Origin: Candidatus Latescibacterota bacterium
Lineage (GTDB): Bacteria; Latescibacterota; UBA2968; UBA8231
DNA length: 64,000 nucleotides
Direction of reading: 5' to 3'
Assembly (NCBI GenBank): GCA_965203355.1
Contig: OZ241889.1
Coordinates: 3,552,001-3,616,000, forward strand
A model generated the notes under the pieces. The model was not told the DNA's origin. It ran no database searches and saw only the letters and a list, made by a program, of their open reading frames with translations. Of this stretch, positions 58,284-64,000 are shown piece by piece. The position numbers and the translations under genes were made by a program. How positions within the stretch are numbered: the first letter of the stretch is position 1; the number at the start of each line of letters is the position of its first letter.

Positions 58284-60335
58284 ATGAAATCCAAGCTCTG
58301 TTTGGCAGCAGTGTGCATGGCCACAGTCCAAGTCTGCACAGCGAGAGCGCAAGTGTCGCAATTCCACCTCGGCGGCGCATCGGGCCTCGACTGGGAAGAG
58401 CAGACGCTGGTCAACTTGATGGTGGATAACACCACGGCCCCGGGATCGATCCAACCGCTCGAACTCAAGCCCGACGTCAATGTGGTGACCTTGCTGCGCC
58501 ACTGGACGCGCTATCGGCAGCCAATCGACATCAACTACCAAGAGGGGATGCCTCGCGTCTGGCGGGCAATCGGCGACGTTTCCCGGCCCGGGCACGTCTC
58601 CAACCCGATGGAATTCATCGACGGGGATCTCAACACTTTTTACGAAGGTCGCGATTTTCAAGGCAGTGGCGGACTAGGGGGGATCTGGGGCGAGTTTTAC
58701 ACGCTCGATATGGGCATGCAGATTCCCGCCGATCGCTTCAAATTGGTGCCGCCCGAAGGCAACGACCCCTTCTTCCAAGAGCCGTACCGACCCAACTACA
58801 AGTTCGAGGCCTACGAGCTGACGGCCAGCAACGACAAGGTCGCGGTCGAAAGCCAACAACCTCCGCAATTTCGCTCGGGCGTCGCCGGTACGCAGGAGAC
58901 GGACTACTACCTGCCGCTGGACAAACGGTTGGCCAAGGTGGACCAGAACTTCGACGCCGTTATCGAGATCGACTTTCCCCTCCAGTATCTACGTTTCTTC
59001 CGCATGCGAGTGCTGCCAGATGCCCCGCCGAAATTCACGCGCTACGCGCTGGCCGAGCTAGAGGTCTACGGGCGCGGTTTCGTCCCCCGGGCGCGCTGGC
59101 TATCGCAGGTGATCGACATGGGTGATGTGGTCAATATCGGCGAGGTGAACTTCGGCTTGAGCACCTATCGGCGCGACCGGGATCAATGGGTCGAATCGCC
59201 CGACGCCAAGGCCGGAGTCAACATCGAGCTCAAGACGGGGCTAGACGACGGCCCCATCGCCTATCACTCGTACAACGACTTGGCCCAGCCCGTGGAAGTG
59301 GAAAAGGATGTCTATGCCAAGCTCAAGCCGCGCGTGTGGCCGTGGGATCCACCGGCTGTGGGTTGGCAGGGCGTCATCGCCGATGACATCAACAACTGGA
59401 GCTTCTGGTCGCCGCCGATCCGGGATCCGGGACAGCGGCCCCGCGTACCTAAGGGACGCTATATTCAGCTGCAAATCCAGCTAGAAACCGAAGCCTTGTG
59501 GGAGTTTGCTCGCCTCGACTGGATCACCATCGAAACCGCCCCGCTTTTGGCCGACCGGATCTTGGGCGAGGTCGCTGCGGTCGACCAGTTGCACCCGGCC
59601 GGCAAAGTACCCCAAGTGCCTGCGGGCGAGCCGACCGAGTTCGTCCTCGGCCTGCGCGCTGAGTTCTCGGCTGCCGGACAGCAGGGGTTTGACGCGGTGC
59701 GGCTAGGCCTGCCTTCTACGGGCCGGGTGCTGGGGCTGGAGATGGGCGAGCCGCTGGCGCCTGTGGAGCCGGACAGCATTGTCGTCGAAGGGAGCGAATT
59801 GGCCGTCTATTTGCCGCAGCGAATCGGGCCGGGCACCAACGACGATCTTCGGTTGCGCTTAGAAACGACGGTGTACGGTGCGTCCGACCAGTTGCGCGCC
59901 GAGGTTTTTGCGCGGCAGAGCGATTCGCTGCCGCAAAGCGTGGAAGGGGGCGACGCCAGCAGCGAATTGGGCACCGACCAACTGCGGGTATTAGCCAGTT
60001 CCGGTTCTCTCGAATCCGTGCTGTCCGACGTAGTGATCACCCCCGCCGTATGTACGCCCCAAGGAGACGCTATCAACGACCAAGTGGCCATTGAGTACAC
60101 CTTGTTCAGCGTGCTCAATGCGGTCGAAGTGGACGTCGAGTTGCTAACCTTGGCCGGTCGGCGGGTGCGGAGCCTGTCGGGTGGAGTGCAGGGTACGGGG
60201 TATCACTCGCTGCAATGGGATGGTCGCGACGAAGCCAATCAACTCGTCGCGCCAGGCGTGTATCTGGCGCGCATTGAGGCCAACACCGACCGCGGCCGAG
60301 TGGTGCGCTTCGGGGCCGTGGCCGTAGCCTACTAA
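58284..60335 (+). CDS. Secreted discoidin-like + FlgD-Ig protein, 'short' paralog
   Basis: AGGAG RBS; LGGASGLDW, FIDGDLNT, SQVIDMG, KTG, WSFWS, TPQGDAIND; ends VAY. Confidence 0.8.
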   Translation: MKSKLCLAAVCMATVQVCTARAQVSQFHLGGASGLDWEEQTLVNLMVDNTTAPGSIQPLELKPDVNVVTLLRHWTRYRQPIDINYQEGMPRVWRAIGDVSRPGHVSNPMEFIDGDLNTFYEGRDFQGSGGLGGIWGEFYTLDMGMQIPADRFKLVPPEGNDPFFQEPYRPNYKFEAYELTASNDKVAVESQQPPQFRSGVAGTQETDYYLPLDKRLAKVDQNFDAVIEIDFPLQYLRFFRMRVLPDAPPKFTRYALAELEVYGRGFVPRARWLSQVIDMGDVVNIGEVNFGLSTYRRDRDQWVESPDAKAGVNIELKTGLDDGPIAYHSYNDLAQPVEVEKDVYAKLKPRVWPWDPPAVGWQGVIADDINNWSFWSPPIRDPGQRPRVPKGRYIQLQIQLETEALWEFARLDWITIETAPLLADRILGEVAAVDQLHPAGKVPQVPAGEPTEFVLGLRAEFSAAGQQGFDAVRLGLPSTGRVLGLEMGEPLAPVEPDSIVVEGSELAVYLPQRIGPGTNDDLRLRLETTVYGASDQLRAEVFARQSDSLPQSVEGGDASSELGTDQLRVLASSGSLESVLSDVVITPAVCTPQGDAINDQVAIEYTLFSVLNAVEVDVELLTLAGRRVRSLSGGVQGTGYHSLQWDGRDEANQLVAPGVYLARIEANTDRGRVVRFGAVAVAY

Positions 60336-60338
60336 GCC

Positions 60339-62282
60339 ATGGGCTTGTACGCGACAATTTCTCGCTTGGCGACCCTGTACACAACCGCTGTGGTCCTCGC
60401 GCCACAACCAGCCGTTGCGGAAGTCCGCCAGTGGGTAGTGGGCGGAGACGAAGGAGCCGCTTGGCGGGAACGCGAGTTGCTTTCCACCGCGATGAGCTTC
60501 GGCGTACCGGGCACCATTCAACTCGTGGCCTTTACCTCTAAGGACAACGTCATTCCGAGCCTGACTTGGGTCGATGGATTTCCCAGCGGCTACGTCGAGG
60601 AACGCGCCCAAGCCCTGATCTGGGACAACGTGGCGGTCGTGCGCCCCCTGTTGGAAATTGTCGATGGCATTGATACGACCTCCACCAACCTCGCGTTTAA
60701 GCGCTTTGGCATCGCCCAAGACGGCACCAAGTTTTTCTTCGATTTGGGGACCCGCTTCCCGGCCAATCGGATTGCGTTTTTTCCGCGCTTGGCGGGCATC
60801 AGTTCAGAAGGGCGCCCCTTTAGCGAAGACTACATCCGCGGCTACGTACTCAAGATCAACGATGGCACCAGTTTCAACGAGCGGGACGAGCCGATCTACA
60901 CCCCCATCAAGCGCGTTGACTTTACCCGTCAGAACGCGGCCCAGATCGACTTCCCCCTGCAATTTGTCCGCTATATAGAATTAGAAGTAACCTCGGCCAA
61001 TCCGTTTGAACTGGCCGAATTCCAGCTCTTTGGCACGGGCTTCGCGCCAGCCGGATCCTATCGGTCAAAAGTCATTGACCTCGGAGCGTCCGCTAATTTC
61101 AGCCGCGTGGAATGGACGCTAGAAAAGCTGCGTCAAAGCGGCGACGAGCTAGTCGTCGAGCCAGCCGCCGATGCCGATTTGACGGTGGTGATGCGCACCG
61201 GCCTAGACGACAATCCCCGGGTCTATTACGAGTACACCGACCTCTTTACCCGCGAGCGACAGGTCGTCCCTGAAGACGAGTACCAGGCCCTCGACGAAAG
61301 TGTGCGCGGCCCGGTTGACGACGACCAAGTCAACTGGAGCCTGTGGTCGTCCCCTTTCACCGAGTCCGGCCAGCCCATCCAGCTACCCAGCCCAAGGCGC
61401 TATTTCCAGTTTGAGGTGCGAATCGAAAGCGGCGCGATCCTCGACGGCCTACGGCTCACATCGCTGAGCGTCGAGCACACGATCCCGCCGGTGGCTCAAG
61501 TCTTGGTGGCCGAGATTTCCCAGCTAGCCGTCCCCCGTCCCCCCGGCGATGTGCCCATTGTAACCGCCGGGGACTTTACGACGTTTGCCTACGATGTCGT
61601 AGCCCAAGTCGAGGAGGCGGACACCGGCTTTGACGCCCTGCGCATCCTCACCCCCCAATCAACGCCCGTGTTTCGGCAATTCTTCACTGGAGAAGACGGG
61701 ATCGCGGTCACGCCCGACAGCGTGCAAGCGGAACTAGGCCGTCTGACCATCTTCTTTCCCTCGCAGCGACCAGCGCTCGGCATTCACCGCATGCGCGCCG
61801 TATTCGACGCGCAGATTTTCATTCAAGGCACCTCGGTCGAAGCGGAGGTATTCGACGCGCAGGCCGAGGACAGCGTGCCGCAGCGAGTGCAACCCGGCGA
61901 CGCCAACCCAGCCGTGTTGACTAATGCTCTGCGGGTGCTGACGACGGCCGCTTCGGCCAGCCAGTTGGTATCCTCCTTGGCGGTGAGCAGCCCAGTCTTC
62001 ACGCCCAACGGAGACGGGATCAACGACCAAGTAGAACTGATCTACAGCCTGTTGCAGCTAGTAAAGCCGGTTGCAGTAACCGTTGAAATTTTCGATTTGG
62101 CCGGGCGCCCACGGCGAACCGTTCTCAAAGCTGAAAGCACTAGCGGTGCCTATGCAGTGGCTTGGGACGGGCGCGACGATCGCGGACAGGTAGTTCCGCC
62201 GGGCCTGTACCTCGCCGTGGTCCAAGTCCACGCTGAGCGCGAGACGCTCGTGCGCGCTAGCAGCATGGGTGTGGCGTATTGA
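60339..62282 (+). CDS. Secreted discoidin-like + FlgD-Ig protein, 'short' paralog
   Basis: VGGDEGAAW, IVDGIDTT, SKVIDLG, RTG, WSLWS, PSPRRY, TPNGDGIND; ends VAY. Confidence 0.8.
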   Translation: MGLYATISRLATLYTTAVVLAPQPAVAEVRQWVVGGDEGAAWRERELLSTAMSFGVPGTIQLVAFTSKDNVIPSLTWVDGFPSGYVEERAQALIWDNVAVVRPLLEIVDGIDTTSTNLAFKRFGIAQDGTKFFFDLGTRFPANRIAFFPRLAGISSEGRPFSEDYIRGYVLKINDGTSFNERDEPIYTPIKRVDFTRQNAAQIDFPLQFVRYIELEVTSANPFELAEFQLFGTGFAPAGSYRSKVIDLGASANFSRVEWTLEKLRQSGDELVVEPAADADLTVVMRTGLDDNPRVYYEYTDLFTRERQVVPEDEYQALDESVRGPVDDDQVNWSLWSSPFTESGQPIQLPSPRRYFQFEVRIESGAILDGLRLTSLSVEHTIPPVAQVLVAEISQLAVPRPPGDVPIVTAGDFTTFAYDVVAQVEEADTGFDALRILTPQSTPVFRQFFTGEDGIAVTPDSVQAELGRLTIFFPSQRPALGIHRMRAVFDAQIFIQGTSVEAEVFDAQAEDSVPQRVQPGDANPAVLTNALRVLTTAASASQLVSSLAVSSPVFTPNGDGINDQVELIYSLLQLVKPVAVTVEIFDLAGRPRRTVLKAESTSGAYAVAWDGRDDRGQVVPPGLYLAVVQVHAERETLVRASSMGVAY

Positions 62283-62298
62283 GCAAGGAGCGGTAGCT

Positions 62299-64000
62299 AT
62301 GAACCGACTATGGCTTTGTTTGTCGACGCTGGTTTTGCCAGCGAGTCTTGCCCATTCTCAAGAGGTTTTTGTCATAAACACCAAGGCGCAGTGGGAGACG
62401 TGGACCTACCCGGGCGGGGCTGTTGACTTGCGGGAGGATGGCTCGATCCGGCCGGTCAAGTTCGAGCAACCCTTTAACGCCGCGCCGAGTTCCCCTCTAT
62501 TCACGCATGAGCTAAAGAAGGTCAAAGAGCAGCGCGGCGGGGTGTGGAAGGCCGGCTCCAACGCGGCTGATGCCCCCCTGATCATTGACGACGACACCAC
62601 CACCTACTGGAAACCCCACCAAGACGACCCACTCGACACTTGGTGGCTCGAAATCGACTTGGGCCGGATGGTAGCCGTCAAGGAAGTTCGCCTGCACTTC
62701 CCCGACGAGGAAGGCGCCCGCCCGCTGCGCGCACTCCGGGTCTTTGGCTCTGACGGCAAATTCCAATCGATCACCGACGACGTCTTTCTCTTCAACCTCA
62801 TCGGCGGCACGACCAAGCGCAACGAAGAGACCCTCTTGTCGTATCCAGTATCCTTTGGCGAGGCGACCAAAAGGGTGCTGAGCTTTGGCCAACCCGCCGT
62901 CGACGACGTCTCCACGGCCTTCGCACCGACCCAATACATCCGCATCATCGCCGACGTCAAGAGCGAGGACGCAGCCCTCGCCGAGGTCGAGGTCATCGCG
63001 TTTGGACAGAACATCGCCCAAGGGACCGTGGCGCGCGGTGGGATCATCGACGATCAGGGCAAGGAGCGCGCCCCCGCCATGATCGACGGCAATGTCAATA
63101 CCTTTTGGGAGGAACTCAACTGGAGTGAGACCGGCCAGTTTATCGCCCAGTGGCGCTGGGATTTGGGCGCTGTCTTTTGGATCAACCGCGTCATCTTCGT
63201 AGCGTTTCAGGAGACCACCACTTGGGGGCGGCCGCGCATCTTGCGCCACCGGCTGCTCGGATCGGCTGGCGCGCTCAAGCCCTCGGGCGATATCGATTTC
63301 GACATCCTCTTTGACTTCCCCGCGCCAAGCGATTGGAACAATCCCGAGCCAATCACCTATCTCATGCACCCGTACCGCCCCTTGCGCCACCTCGAAATGA
63401 TCTTCGGCGGCAGCAGCAGCGGCGCGATGGCCGAAGCCGTTGTCGTCCCCACCGGCTATGTCGCCGAAGTGGAATTGCGCTCGGATTTCCTCAAGATAGA
63501 CGACCGCCCCAAGGTTTTCCGCACCCTCGAATGGGACGCCGATTTACCTTCGGGAACGCAAATTTTGGCGCAGACGCGCTCGGGGAGCGGCCTCGACGAG
63601 GGCAATACGTACTACCACCGCAAAGGCCACGAAGTGACCGAAGACGAATACAACGCCTTAAAGAAAAGGTGGAAGGGCGATATCGTGCCCTACATTCGGC
63701 CAAGCGAGGATTGGAGCGGCTGGAGTAATACGTACCTGTTTTCCGGCCAAGCGTTTCTCTCGCCCAGCCCAAGGCGCTACGTGCAGTTTAGGGTGCTGCT
63801 CAAATCGGCCAGCCCTGACGTGGCCCCCACCCTAAGCGGGCTGCGGCTCAACTACGAGGACTCGTTTCTCAACGGGGCACTCGGCCAAGTCGCCCCCAAC
63901 GAGGCCCGAGTGGGCCAGCCGGAAAACTTTACGTACGCCTTGCGGCCGGACTTCAAATCGGGCGACAAGGGCTTTAACCGCCTGCGGCTAAACACGCCGT
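62299..64000 (+). CDS. Secreted discoidin-like protein, 'long' paralog 3 (runs off the window; not in ORF track)
   Basis: AAGGAG RBS; MNRLWLCLSTLVLPASLAHSQE...WETWTYPGGAVDL...GSN...IDLG...TRSG...DWSGWSNTY..SPSPRRY. Confidence 0.8.
   Translation, partial: MNRLWLCLSTLVLPASLAHSQEVFVINTKAQWETWTYPGGAVDLREDGSIRPVKFEQPFNAAPSSPLFTHELKKVKEQRGGVWKAGSNAADAPLIIDDDTTTYWKPHQDDPLDTWWLEIDLGRMVAVKEVRLHFPDEEGARPLRALRVFGSDGKFQSITDDVFLFNLIGGTTKRNEETLLSYPVSFGEATKRVLSFGQPAVDDVSTAFAPTQYIRIIADVKSEDAALAEVEVIAFGQNIAQGTVARGGIIDDQGKERAPAMIDGNVNTFWEELNWSETGQFIAQWRWDLGAVFWINRVIFVAFQETTTWGRPRILRHRLLGSAGALKPSGDIDFDILFDFPAPSDWNNPEPITYLMHPYRPLRHLEMIFGGSSSGAMAEAVVVPTGYVAEVELRSDFLKIDDRPKVFRTLEWDADLPSGTQILAQTRSGSGLDEGNTYYHRKGHEVTEDEYNALKKRWKGDIVPYIRPSEDWSGWSNTYLFSGQAFLSPSPRRYVQFRVLLKSASPDVAPTLSGLRLNYEDSFLNGALGQVAPNEARVGQPENFTYALRPDFKSGDKGFNRLRLNTP

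Noticed and set aside
1-64000. tRNA, rRNA, integrase, transposase or prophage genes
   Set aside because: None recognised by eye; intergenic gaps are short. A covariance-model scan would be needed to exclude small RNAs.

Overview
GC-rich bacterial window. Gene content suggests a Latescibacterota/Gemmatimonadota-like lineage, possibly host-associated such as a sponge symbiont; this is inference only. From left to right: (1) 1-5569, end of a defence island (DUF3696-type ATPase tail, PIN-like protein, ABC-ATPase/TOPRIM-like protein, truncated DUF4276, DUF499 ATPase). (2) 5538-25291, mostly minus-strand envelope cluster with a strikingly animal-like alkyl-DHAP synthase plus an SDR, a His-rich membrane protein, SurA/PrsA-like foldases, TPR and CRTAC1/FG-GAP proteins, a membrane spermidine-synthase-like protein, a di-heme peroxidase and an FGE-domain protein. 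An AT-rich RelE insert interrupts it. (3) 25458-48322, a plus-strand locus of paralogous secreted proteins (WSxWS motif, PNGDGxND + FlgD-Ig tail ending in Y), a probable outer-membrane barrel, a foldase, a lipoprotein and a three-gene inner-membrane module (catalytically altered M28-FtsX fusion, DUF6785/6784-like protein, OPT-like protein). (4) 48348-56237, eroded ATPase, heptamer hairpin element, Na+/solute symporter, CRTAC1, frameshifted hypervariable WD40 protein and a PhyH dioxygenase. (5) 56257-64000, a second DUF6785-like gene again followed by three of the secreted paralogs. Blocks 3 and 5 are the best candidate for an undescribed system. I saw no rRNA, tRNA, CRISPR array, integrase or transposase. 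All family assignments come from motif recognition, not database searches.
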